Virus record (IMG/VR): IMGVR_UViG_3300020202_000074
Location: 1,023 to 65,022 of that record
DNA length: 64,000 nucleotides
Strand: one strand, 5' to 3'
Origin: a virus
In this document: piece after piece, positions 43,100-52,245 of the stretch
How the letters are laid out: every line of letters starts with the position of its first letter
How positions within the stretch are numbered: the stretch's first letter is position 1
The notes under the pieces: generated by a model
Seen by the model: the letters and a program-made list of their open reading frames with translations, nothing else
Databases searched by the model: none
What the model was told of the DNA's origin: nothing
Translations under genes and position numbers: made by a program

Positions 43100-46000
43100 T
43101 ATGAAGGTCTCCGAGTGCGGAACGTGTCGAGAATCTTACCCGCACAAAGCACTGACAGCAACCGGAAGTCGAGGTCCGGGCAGAACACCTCCACACCGGG
43201 GGAGAGTGCCACACCCATCACGCCATGGGCAGCCTGGAACTGGCTCGTCGGCTCCCCGAACGCCGCCCATCGCTCTCCCTCGATTTCGTGCACCGAGGGG
43301 ACCACATCTCCCGCGTTGTCCTTGGGGAACACCTTCGAGGTCGGGTTGGCCTCCGTGCCTCGATACACCAGTGCTCGGTACTTGGCGTCAGTGGAGCTGT
43401 CTCCAAACCCCGAGGAGCTGCTGGAGACCTCGTCTCCCACCGGAGGGCCACTGACGTCGACGAACGAGCACCCCAGGGCGTCGAGCTGCTTCACCCGATG
43501 GAAGTCACCCGACCCGTAGATCATGCCGTCCTGGTCTTGAAGCCCGAGGTTGGGCCCCACCCATCGGAAGTACACCGGACTGAATCCCACTCGGCTGCCT
43601 ACCGGCAAGTTGAGGAGATCCGTCGCATTGACGAGCCGCACCTCCGTGGCCGAGAGCTTCGCCTGGACCTTCGCCTTCATGCCGATGAAGGACGCTGTTG
43701 GGCAGTCCATCACATACACGTAGCACCCCTCGAAGTTCGTGCCCAGCGTGCCGCCGGTCAGCGTCAGAGTGCCCGTCGACGATGAGCCGAAGGCCAGCGA
43801 CGTCTCAAACCGGGAGTCGCCCGTCATGTCGAGCAGAGTGCGTCGGGCCTGTCCGTTGAAGGACGAAGAGCCACTGATGTCGCGGGAGCTGTCGTGGTCC
43901 AGCACGTAGATGCGGGGCTTGAACCCTGCGACCACAGTGGCGGCAGTAGTTTTGGGCGCGTTCTGGAGGAAGAGAGCTCGGTCGGTCAGAGTGCTCGCGT
44001 AGTTCGTGAAAGTGCTGGGCCAGCTTCCCTGCTTAGTCTCCGAGAACACCATGTCCACCAGCTCGGTGATCATGCCGGTGTTGAACCACACCACCGCCGT
44101 ATGCTCCAAGTCGGGGTTGTGGATGAACACCGCTCCCACGAAGGGATCGAACGCCACAGAGACGTTCTCCAGGTTGTTGACCCAGGCGTTCTGGATCAGC
44201 ACGTCGAGGGCTTTGAAGTCGTCCAGTTCCCCAAGAGAGTTGACAGCCTTCACTCCCTTGGGTGTGACGTAGTACGCCAGGGATCCCACCGCGTCGACTG
44301 CCTTGTGTCCGACAATCCCGTATCCTTCGTGCATCTCCTGCGGCTTGACGCTGTATCCCTCACGTCGAATGTGGTAGAGTCGGTCCTTCGAGAAACCTAC
44401 GGCATTCGGGCCGATCTTCTTCATCCTCACAATCTCGTTGGTAGGCACCGCCGGCACGAACCGGTTCCCCGGCGGGAACAGCTCAGGGCTGATGCTCGCC
44501 AGTGAGGAGTACCGCAGTTCGCCGATGCCACGAATGCCGTCGTCCTGCCGCACCTCATCGGCTGTGGACTTGGGGTTGCTCTCGGTAATGCGGCTTACGA
44601 ACATAGTATCGCCATAGAAGAGTGCGGTGCCTCCCTTGGGCATCGACTCGTCGAACTGGCTCGGGTCGTAGTACGCGTCCTGATGGACGAGCTGCTTGTC
44701 CTCCAGTCTGTAGAAGTACACGGCGTGCCGGTAGCTGGTGGTCGCTGGCGCCCAGGGCTGTCCGGTCTGGTTCTTGATGGTGTGGTAGTCGGCGAGATTG
44801 ATGACCGCATCGAGATGCCGAATGCTCGCGATGAACGTGCCGCCCGCATCTTGCAGCTTCACGGATCGGTAGATGTAGGCCTGGTCGAACTTCGCGGGAT
44901 CGTATCCCAGCTCCACCGCGACGTAGTGGGAGGCGTTGTCGTCCGAGAGCTCGCTCGTGAGGCCGACGTTGAAGTCCTGCTCTCGGGCCTGGGCCACCTC
45001 CGACATCGCCGACTTGCGGCCGGTCTTCGAGTCATAGAGGAAGACTCCGAAAGAGTAGTCGCCGGGCTCGAACTTCTGGGCCGCATACTTCCCAGTGGCG
45101 CCTCCGGGGTTGTCGGAGCTCGCCGAGTTCCCATCAACACCCTCGACGGTGCGGTACTTGAAGAAGCCGCCGATCTTCGTGGAGAAGGCGAGCTCGCTGA
45201 TGTTCGGTGGAATATCAGTTCCGCCCGCGACGGGCTCATCGTAGTTGCCGGCGCTGAAGCCGCACGCCGTCGATCCGTTGAATGCCCGAATACCCCACAG
45301 GTAGACGGTGCCGCTCTTGATGTTCTTGATGTTGCTCGGGTAGAACGTGACCTGGCCATCGGCCGCCACGAACCCCTTGTTCGACACTGCGTTGGTAGCC
45401 GTGAACACCGGAGTGTCGAGCACCGCTGGGTTCCCAAGGTATTCGTCGAGGCTCGCGAAGTAGAACTCCACGGAGGTGGGGATCACGACGTGCGTCGCAT
45501 TCGGGTAGTTGTTGGACGCGAACCCCGCGACGAACTGATCATAGAGCCGGAAGCTCACGGTCTGCGTCTTGGGCCGATTGAGCAGGCCGAAGTTGAACGG
45601 CGGGCTGGCCAGCGTGCTCAGCGGCTGGATGATGCCGATGCCCGCGATGATCTTCGGCGCGTTGGCAGACAAGCTGCCCGTGCCGCTCGTGTCGGAGCAG
45701 GAGCTCGTGGGGTCTGAGTACGAAGCGCTCGACGAGTGGCTGTCGAGCATCGACGCCCCCGAGGAGCTGGTCGTAATGTTCGACGAAACCGTGACAGAGG
45801 TAGTCGACTGGAAGTTGGAGCCTGCATTGCTCGTAGTGCTCAGCGTGTTGGTGCCGTAGCTGGTCCCCTCCAGGAACGAGGAGGAGCCCCACCCGCTCTC
45901 GCTGGTGAAGCCGCCCGTGATGTCCCCGTAGAGGCCCGACGCTTGGGGACCCACCGTCGTGAGGACCACCTGTCCAACCATTGGACGTTTGTAGGTCACC

Positions 46001-46836
46001 GATCCCGGAGGTACCGCCAGGTTGCCTAGCGCCGTGGCATTCTGGGGGCTGATCAGCAGTGGCTGCCGACCCGGTCCGGGGAAGGGACCCGCCGAGGTGT
46101 GGCCCAGCTTCGTGAGGGTGTACGACGCGGCGTTGCCCGAGGTGCCGGGGCTGGTCGAGCCGCTCACCGAGCTGCTCACGCTGCTCACCGCCGTCACCGC
46201 TGCGACCGCGTTCACGTAGAAGAGCGCGGGATCCCGACCCTGGATGAAGATGTAGATCAGGCGCCCGAAGACCAGCACATCCATCTGCGCGGTCGGGCTT
46301 ACGCCATCAACAAGCTTGTATCCCTTGGTGCCGAAGCTAGACGTAGTAGAGCTTCCCAGAGCGGCGTCTCCGGTGGAATCCCAGAAGTCAATGAACACAT
46401 CAGCAAGGCCTGGTAGTCCGGTTGGATTCCCGCTCGACGTAGAAGATCCAAGGTCTGCACCAGTGCTGAAGGAGTGGCTCCCAGTGAGGCTGGTGTTGGA
46501 GACGCTGGTGGATGTAGCAGCGGACTGGAGGCCCAGAGCCCGCGATCGCGTCGCTCGGTAAACGAAGCCGAATCCATACTTGTCCGCTCCGATTCGGAAG
46601 TTGACAGGGAAGAAGTCCGTGACGACTGACGTCTCATCGTGCAGATCGTCGGCGTAGAAGTCCAGCTCGTAGACCTTGCGGAAGCCCGAGACCGGCCGAA
46701 TCCCTCCCTGGAGAGTGCCATCAACGCCGATCAGCTCGTAAGCCATGCCCTGTGGCGTACCGACCCGCGTGAGCTCCTTGTTCTCACTCGTGCGGATCAG
46801 ATCGTTCTTCCAGAATGTCTGGATCTCTGTCCCCAT
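43099..46836 (-). CDS. large tail/nozzle-like structural protein with Ser-rich insertions
   Basis: 1245 aa beta-rich; follows fibre/adaptor genes. Confidence 0.55.
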   Translation of the reverse strand: MGTEIQTFWKNDLIRTSENKELTRVGTPQGMAYELIGVDGTLQGGIRPVSGFRKVYELDFYADDLHDETSVVTDFFPVNFRIGADKYGFGFVYRATRSRALGLQSAATSTSVSNTSLTGSHSFSTGADLGSSTSSGNPTGLPGLADVFIDFWDSTGDAALGSSTTSSFGTKGYKLVDGVSPTAQMDVLVFGRLIYIFIQGRDPALFYVNAVAAVTAVSSVSSSVSGSTSPGTSGNAASYTLTKLGHTSAGPFPGPGRQPLLISPQNATALGNLAVPPGSVTYKRPMVGQVVLTTVGPQASGLYGDITGGFTSESGWGSSSFLEGTSYGTNTLSTTSNAGSNFQSTTSVTVSSNITTSSSGASMLDSHSSSASYSDPTSSCSDTSGTGSLSANAPKIIAGIGIIQPLSTLASPPFNFGLLNRPKTQTVSFRLYDQFVAGFASNNYPNATHVVIPTSVEFYFASLDEYLGNPAVLDTPVFTATNAVSNKGFVAADGQVTFYPSNIKNIKSGTVYLWGIRAFNGSTACGFSAGNYDEPVAGGTDIPPNISELAFSTKIGGFFKYRTVEGVDGNSASSDNPGGATGKYAAQKFEPGDYSFGVFLYDSKTGRKSAMSEVAQAREQDFNVGLTSELSDDNASHYVAVELGYDPAKFDQAYIYRSVKLQDAGGTFIASIRHLDAVINLADYHTIKNQTGQPWAPATTSYRHAVYFYRLEDKQLVHQDAYYDPSQFDESMPKGGTALFYGDTMFVSRITESNPKSTADEVRQDDGIRGIGELRYSSLASISPELFPPGNRFVPAVPTNEIVRMKKIGPNAVGFSKDRLYHIRREGYSVKPQEMHEGYGIVGHKAVDAVGSLAYYVTPKGVKAVNSLGELDDFKALDVLIQNAWVNNLENVSVAFDPFVGAVFIHNPDLEHTAVVWFNTGMITELVDMVFSETKQGSWPSTFTNYASTLTDRALFLQNAPKTTAATVVAGFKPRIYVLDHDSSRDISGSSSFNGQARRTLLDMTGDSRFETSLAFGSSSTGTLTLTGGTLGTNFEGCYVYVMDCPTASFIGMKAKVQAKLSATEVRLVNATDLLNLPVGSRVGFSPVYFRWVGPNLGLQDQDGMIYGSGDFHRVKQLDALGCSFVDVSGPPVGDEVSSSSSGFGDSSTDAKYRALVYRGTEANPTSKVFPKDNAGDVVPSVHEIEGERWAAFGEPTSQFQAAHGVMGVALSPGVEVFCPDLDFRLLSVLCAGKILDTFRTRRPS

Positions 46837-46868
46837 ATCCCCCCACTAAACCCCACTTCGATCCACCC

Positions 46869-47570
46869 TTACTTGCCCCGAGCCATCAGGTCGATGTACG
46901 CCTGGGCGTCCTCGGGCCCAATCCACTCCTTGAGCTGGAGGTTGTGGCCATCATAGAGGCCGATCTCCTTATGCCCCACCCCATACCCGCTAGTACCAGG
47001 TAGACCCTTGAGCCCCACATGCTTCGGGTGGTAGGACTTCAAGCGCACCCGGCTCACCGGCGCCTTCCACAGCGAGACATCAATGGTATACGCCTCGTCG
47101 GCTGCTTTGACCTTGAGCAGCTCCGTGAACATCGGAATCAGCTCTCCCCGAAAGGCGGTGCTCCCGAGGCACGCCCAGTCCCCAGGCACCCAACTCCGCC
47201 ACCGGTGGTACCGAAGGTTGAAGTGGTTGTTGGGCGTAAAACCGGACAGCTCCACCTTTCGCAGGGCGGTGCGGTGGCACTGGAGGTAGTCGGGGGCGTA
47301 CCAGTCGTCATCCTCGATGATGCAGACGATCTCCCCTTTTATGTGGGGAATCGCAGCCAGCAGGTTCCTCGCGAGCGAGGATCGAGGCCCCTCATCGGTC
47401 GACACTTCCCGCTGAACGACAAGTTGGTTGCCCGTGTACTCGTAGGGTTCGCCGTCGTTGACCACGATCCACTGGATGTCGTCGTCGTCGTGGACCTGCC
47501 GAGCGATCCACCGTTCCGTAAGCGCAAAGGCGCCCGGTCGTCCCCTCGTCGGCGTCACCAAAGTTATCAC
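46869..47570 (-). CDS. GT2-like glycosyltransferase
   Basis: ITLVTPTRGR..WIVVNDG..IIEDDDWY. Confidence 0.85.
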   Translation of the reverse strand: MITLVTPTRGRPGAFALTERWIARQVHDDDDIQWIVVNDGEPYEYTGNQLVVQREVSTDEGPRSSLARNLLAAIPHIKGEIVCIIEDDDWYAPDYLQCHRTALRKVELSGFTPNNHFNLRYHRWRSWVPGDWACLGSTAFRGELIPMFTELLKVKAADEAYTIDVSLWKAPVSRVRLKSYHPKHVGLKGLPGTSGYGVGHKEIGLYDGHNLQLKEWIGPEDAQAYIDLMARGK

Positions 47571-49048
47571 GGCGGGTTTACCCCCTCTGGCAGCTTCTTC
47601 CCACCTGCCTTCACGGTGTCATACCAACCGAAGGTATCCAGGGCAGCGGGGTCGTTGAAGCGATCCGCTTCCGCGACACAGGCATCGTATGGCTTGTGGT
47701 CGAAGGCCTCCAGCCCACTATTTGGATTGCAGTTGAAGACCTTCATCCCCTGCGCCTCCATCAACGGCCGGAGAGCCTTGAACCGGATGTTGAGGTCCCG
47801 ATAGGTGTTGTTGTTCCCCCGAATGGCGCCAGCGCACCGCTCTTGCGGAAATGCGTACTTCTTCTCCTCGGACATCTTGAAGTCGCACCCGACCAGGTTG
47901 ACGGTGCGGAACCCCAGGTAGAAGAGCAGCCGCATGGCCGCCAGCATCACGGAGCGGGAACCGCCGCAGCCCAGAGAGTCGACCACCTTCTTGTGGTTCC
48001 CCCAGTTCACGGTATCCTCGTGGAGGTACTCGTTGACTTTGAAGTGCTCGTTGCGCTTGTAGAACAGGAGGTTCGGCATCTCACCGACGGTCTTGCCGGA
48101 CCAGCGCCACTTGCCCCCGTGCTTGGTGCCCAACCGCTTATTGATGAGTCCATACGGCACCAGCTTCAAGATGCCAGGGTCCTTCCAGCCCGCATCCAGG
48201 AATGTGCACGGGTCATCCACCGAGGTCCAGATCGTCGGACGCACCAGGCTCCAGGCGTTGTTGACCGCCATGGTCACTACGCCCCGGCGCTGGATCTTCG
48301 AGAGGTCGAGCTCGTTGGACGAAGGCCCGCTGAGCACCAGGAACGCCGTAGCACCCTTCCAGTGATCCTCCATGCAGAAGGAGTGGCCCTGCTTATTGTA
48401 TAGGAGCAGGTTGGATTGCTTCTTGGACGTCGGAGGCGGGCGCCTCGACTCCCTAGCGTCGTTCTGGTCCCGATAACCATCCTTCACCAAGGGGTGGGTT
48501 GCATCGAGAGGTCCACCAGACACCGCAGGAGGCGAAGGGTCGTTCCCCACCACCATGTCGGTTGCGGGGGTCGTGATGTCCCACTCGCTGAGGGGCACGG
48601 TGTCGCTGACGATGGCGGTCTTCCAGGGCTTGAGGTGCTTGCACCACACATGGCTGGCGAAGCTCTGCACCTCGCGGATCAGGTCCGGTCCGTCGGCGCC
48701 GTGCACGACGATCACCTTCGCCCACGGCTTCAGCCGCCGTAGGGCCTCCACCCGCTGCGCTCCGCTCCCGTGGTCGATGAGCGCCAGCCCCCACTCCTTG
48801 TCGTAGGGCACCTGCGAGTAGTCCGACACGATCGTGAATGTGTGGTGGGGACGAACCCCGATGTCTTTGAGCGCGTCCGCGTACGGGCCAGGGTGCTCGC
48901 ACGTGTGCAGGAGCCGGCCCATCTTCCCGCACAGGTCGCTAAGGATTGGAGTGCTGTAGAAGCCGCCGCCGATTTCCAGCACGCTTCCGTAGGTGTTGCA
49001 CAGCGCCGTCACGAGGAACGGCAAGTGAGTGTGAAATCCGTCCGCCAT
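47567..49048 (-). CDS. fusion: methyltransferase-like N-domain plus MAF/DUF115-like glycosyltransferase C-domain
   Basis: VLEIGGGFYST..LIDH; AFLVLSGPS..AVNNAW..LGFRTVNLVGCDF. Confidence 0.7.
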   Translation of the reverse strand: MADGFHTHLPFLVTALCNTYGSVLEIGGGFYSTPILSDLCGKMGRLLHTCEHPGPYADALKDIGVRPHHTFTIVSDYSQVPYDKEWGLALIDHGSGAQRVEALRRLKPWAKVIVVHGADGPDLIREVQSFASHVWCKHLKPWKTAIVSDTVPLSEWDITTPATDMVVGNDPSPPAVSGGPLDATHPLVKDGYRDQNDARESRRPPPTSKKQSNLLLYNKQGHSFCMEDHWKGATAFLVLSGPSSNELDLSKIQRRGVVTMAVNNAWSLVRPTIWTSVDDPCTFLDAGWKDPGILKLVPYGLINKRLGTKHGGKWRWSGKTVGEMPNLLFYKRNEHFKVNEYLHEDTVNWGNHKKVVDSLGCGGSRSVMLAAMRLLFYLGFRTVNLVGCDFKMSEEKKYAFPQERCAGAIRGNNNTYRDLNIRFKALRPLMEAQGMKVFNCNPNSGLEAFDHKPYDACVAEADRFNDPAALDTFGWYDTVKAGGKKLPEGVNPP

Positions 49049-49064
49049 CCCGCCCCCAACCTCC

Positions 49065-50270
49065 TTATGCGTTGCCGTTGTCCACGGTCTCCACGACACA
49101 GTTCGTGGCCGTAATGGTATTCCCCGCATCCGCCACACTGTACGTAGCGGTGATGTCGATTCCTTTGGTCGTCGTGGTGTCGATGGTCACTGCCGCCGTG
49201 GTCACCATCCCGTACTTCGTGATGGCTCCGGAGCCACCCATGAACTCCGCCGTGCCTTGGCCGTGCACGGTGCCACTGGCTCCCCGCGACCGGCAGGTGA
49301 TCAGGGACTCCACGGTCCAGCCGGTGTTCGTGAGCCCCGTCACCAGGTTCTGGGCTGTAGTCTGGTGGATGATCGTCCCGCCCAGCTTCACCTTGATGTT
49401 CAGCGTCCCGGCGCCAGCCCCCAAGGTTGACTGGTACCCGCAGATCTTGACCCGGATGCTCTTGCCAGCCGTGAAGAACCCGATGGGCAATGTCATGTTG
49501 CCGACACCGCCTCCTACCAACGACGTCTCCACCGTGGTGTTGGCGACCGTCTTGTCTGCCGTGGCGATGAAGTTCGCGCAGTCACAGCCAAGCCCGTAAC
49601 CCGAAGCATTCGACGAGGTGTCGTCGAACTCGTTGGCGTTGGGTGAGAAGGGGTTGAAGCAGTCCTGGATGCTTCCGTTGTTTGAAGTGCAGCTGTTCGC
49701 CCCCGCCCCCGTCGGACCCGTAGGTCCCGTGGAGCCAGTGCTCCCGGTGCTACCCGCGCTCCCCGTGGGCCCCGTAGGTCCCGTTGGTCCGGTGCACGAT
49801 TCGGGACACTGCCCAGCAGGCCCAGCAGGACCCGGCGGGCCGGGAGGTCCCGGAGGACCAGAAGGACCGCTAGGTCCAGTGGGGCCCGTAGGGCCGCTCG
49901 GCCCCGAAGGACCAGAGGGCCCCGTAGGTCCCGTTGGACCCGTGAGCCCCGGAGGGCCAGGCGGTCCACCGCCACCACCACCGGGGGGTCCCGGAGGACC
50001 CGGAGGCGCGATACCCGGAGGTAGGTGGATGACCACCGTCTCGCCGGCCGGCCGAGCGTTCTGGTACTGGAAGGACAGGGTTCGGATGTCGGGGCCGGTG
50101 CCCAGGTAGAAGCCGGGGCCCTCCCGCGCTTTGCGTTGCCCGAACACCTCGGCCAGGGTCTTCGACTTGGCGGCACCAAACCGGCCCCGGAAGGTACGCG
50201 AGTACCAGTCATTCAGGGTGGCCTGATTGTTGAGAATGTCCTGTGGATTCTGGACCGTTGAGAAAGGCAT
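49065..50270 (-). CDS. collagen-like (Gly-Pro-X) fibre protein
   Basis: long GPT/GPS/GPP runs; beta-rich C-terminal domain. Confidence 0.85.
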   Translation of the reverse strand: MPFSTVQNPQDILNNQATLNDWYSRTFRGRFGAAKSKTLAEVFGQRKAREGPGFYLGTGPDIRTLSFQYQNARPAGETVVIHLPPGIAPPGPPGPPGGGGGGPPGPPGLTGPTGPTGPSGPSGPSGPTGPTGPSGPSGPPGPPGPPGPAGPAGQCPESCTGPTGPTGPTGSAGSTGSTGSTGPTGPTGAGANSCTSNNGSIQDCFNPFSPNANEFDDTSSNASGYGLGCDCANFIATADKTVANTTVETSLVGGGVGNMTLPIGFFTAGKSIRVKICGYQSTLGAGAGTLNIKVKLGGTIIHQTTAQNLVTGLTNTGWTVESLITCRSRGASGTVHGQGTAEFMGGSGAITKYGMVTTAAVTIDTTTTKGIDITATYSVADAGNTITATNCVVETVDNGNA

Positions 50271-50288
50271 CCCCCCAGCGCCCTCCTA

Positions 50289-51236
50289 TTACGGGAACAG
50301 AAACCGGTTTGCCGGATGATCCACGGTGTCACGATCGAAGGCCTTGCCGTTGCGCATCTGGAGATTGGCGAGGTTGTCCTTGATCGTCTTCATCGCCTTC
50401 ATGTACTCCTTTTCCAAGAAAGCGATCTTCTTCTCCGAAGCGCCGGTCGCGGCACCCAGCTTCAACGCGCATCCCAAGCTGATGGCCTCGTACATGGGCT
50501 GTGAAGCACAGGGAGCGATCTCATAGACGTAGGTGTCCGAGAACCCGCCAGACGAACTGGAGGACTCCGACGACCCTGCTCCGCTGGAGCTCGATGATCC
50601 GCCTGACGCGTCGAGGGTGAACGGCACCCGAACAGTTACCGTCCGACTATCGACGTCGTACGATTCGATGATTCTTTCTTGGATTGCCCCGCTTGAGGGG
50701 AGCAACCTCAGGATCGCCCCCGCGTATGCGTTGGGCCTCCGGTCCACAAGCCCGTAGGTAGGTGCCGAGGCTAGTGTGAACACCTTGTTCCGCAAGCTGC
50801 CAGTTCCGTAGTGGCATAGGACGTCTCCGCTGGGTATGTACCAGATATCCACCGTCTCATCGGCGGTGGGCTTCGGCAACATCTGGAGCACGTTTCCTTG
50901 GATGCTCCACCCCGGACCGCTGGGGTTGAACACCCCTCTCGGATACGCCTCCTTGGTGATGCGACCGTTCGAGTCTAGAACCGCCAGCCGCCAGATTTCC
51001 TGCACGTTAGGTGGAAGAAGGTAATATTCGGTATCCGAATCTAGAGCTACCGAGTGCCGGATCGTGATCGGGTTGTCCTGGTTCAGGTTCAAGCGAGCGA
51101 GGACGTCCACCATCACCGGGTAGATGAGGTGCTGGACCATGAACGCGTCCTTGTACTTGGCGTCCGTTGTCGGCACGTCACAGTAGAAGCGCACGCGTTC
51201 GAGGACTGTCAGCAGAAAAGAGTGGCTGGAATGAAT
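50289..51236 (-). CDS. probable head-tail adaptor; likely ATT start
   Basis: frame open 14 codons upstream of GTG 51194 to ATT 51236 behind GGGGGA; Ser-rich patch. Confidence 0.55.
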   Translation of the reverse strand: MHSSHSFLLTVLERVRFYCDVPTTDAKYKDAFMVQHLIYPVMVDVLARLNLNQDNPITIRHSVALDSDTEYYLLPPNVQEIWRLAVLDSNGRITKEAYPRGVFNPSGPGWSIQGNVLQMLPKPTADETVDIWYIPSGDVLCHYGTGSLRNKVFTLASAPTYGLVDRRPNAYAGAILRLLPSSGAIQERIIESYDVDSRTVTVRVPFTLDASGGSSSSSGAGSSESSSSSGGFSDTYVYEIAPCASQPMYEAISLGCALKLGAATGASEKKIAFLEKEYMKAMKTIKDNLANLQMRNGKAFDRDTVDHPANRFLFP

Positions 51237-51239
51237 GGC

Positions 51240-51797
51240 TTAGTCCCCCTTTAGCTTCGACAACTCATTCATGGCACCACCGCCCTGGAGGGCCGCCTCC
51301 CTTGCGCTGAGGAACGGCACCCCGTCAGACAGCAGCTTCGCCGACTGCTCCATCCCCTTGTGACGCATCCACTTGCTCGTCTCCTGCCGCTGCGTGTACG
51401 TCTCCTCCTTGGCCGCCCTCAGCTCGGAGTGGCGGTCCCGAATCTGCTGGTGCATGCGTTGGGCCATCTGTCGTGAGCCGACCATGCGATACTTCCAGAA
51501 GTCGGCCCGCTCGATGCGGTTGTGTATCCAGTCGGGAGGGGCGTCAAAAGTATCCAGTTCGAGACAGACTCGTGGTGTGTGACCTCGGGGGTCCAGCATC
51601 CAATGGGCAAGCACAAACGAACCGACCTCCCGATGCACATACACGAACAGATCGTCCCGTTCCAGCACCCGTTGCAGCCAGTGCACGAACTCTCCATGGG
51701 GCAGCACCTCGTGCCGTTCATCCATCCACAAGCCCTGACCGATGGCCAGCTCCACGGGGTCGATAATGACTTCAAAGTCCGTCACCTGGTTCTCCAT
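51240..51797 (-). CDS. hypothetical virion-module protein
   Basis: ORF between capsid and adaptor. Confidence 0.55.
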   Translation of the reverse strand: MENQVTDFEVIIDPVELAIGQGLWMDERHEVLPHGEFVHWLQRVLERDDLFVYVHREVGSFVLAHWMLDPRGHTPRVCLELDTFDAPPDWIHNRIERADFWKYRMVGSRQMAQRMHQQIRDRHSELRAAKEETYTQRQETSKWMRHKGMEQSAKLLSDGVPFLSAREAALQGGGAMNELSKLKGD

Positions 51798-51802
51798 TCA
51801 AG

Positions 51803-51837
51803 CAGCTAGGGCACTACCCGTAAGGATAGCACCCTAG
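51803..51837 (-). promoter_or_regulatory. 15-bp hairpin immediately upstream of ATG 51797
   Basis: GCTAGGGTGCTATCC-TTAC-GGGTAGTGCCCTAGC on - strand. Confidence 0.4.
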
Positions 51838-51890
51838 CGCCTGAAAGGAGCCCTCTCCCTTTTCCTCTTTCCCCTCGCGGGGATCGTAGG

Positions 51891-52160
51891 TTACTTGCGT
51901 TCAGGCAGCGAAATCGAATCCGAACCCGTGCCGCTGGTCATCACTCGGTCAGGCAGCGAGCTGGAGAGGTCGCCCGAGAAGGACGCCGACTCCGAGCCGA
52001 AGCCACCGGTGTTGGACGTCGCGCCCGAAGACGCGGAGCCCGACCAGCTGAGGCTGTTCTCGATGACCGCCCGCATTTGGTGTTCGAGGCGAATGAGACG
52101 CCGCCCGTACTCGGTGAGCAGCGTAGTGATTTGTTCTTGCGTAAGTACAGGACGACCCAT
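51891..52160 (-). CDS. small protein with Ser-rich tail
   Basis: SD AAAGGA; SWSGSASSGATS..SESASFSGDLSSS. Confidence 0.6.
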   Translation of the reverse strand: MGRPVLTQEQITTLLTEYGRRLIRLEHQMRAVIENSLSWSGSASSGATSNTGGFGSESASFSGDLSSSLPDRVMTSGTGSDSISLPERK

Positions 52161-52182
52161 GTTCGTTCCTTTCTTCGTACTC

Positions 52183-52218
52183 GGTCCCCAGCCCCCCGGT
52201 GAAGGGGGGCTAGGAACC
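52183..52218 (-). terminator. strong hairpin downstream of capsid gene
   Basis: GGTTCCTAGCCCCCC/GGGGGGCTGGGGACC stem; no U tract, so may be a stabiliser rather than a terminator. Confidence 0.45.
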
Positions 52219-52245
52219 GACGATTTCAGTTAGTGCCGCTAGGGT

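Noticed and set aside
45539-45892. Overprinted gene behind the Ser-rich part of the tail protein
   Set aside because: Unlike in polA, the main frame has normal codon bias and the alternative frame looks like off-frame junk
49690-50010. GC-rich periodic repeat as a non-coding or mobile repeat
   Set aside because: Explained by Gly-Pro-X collagen codons
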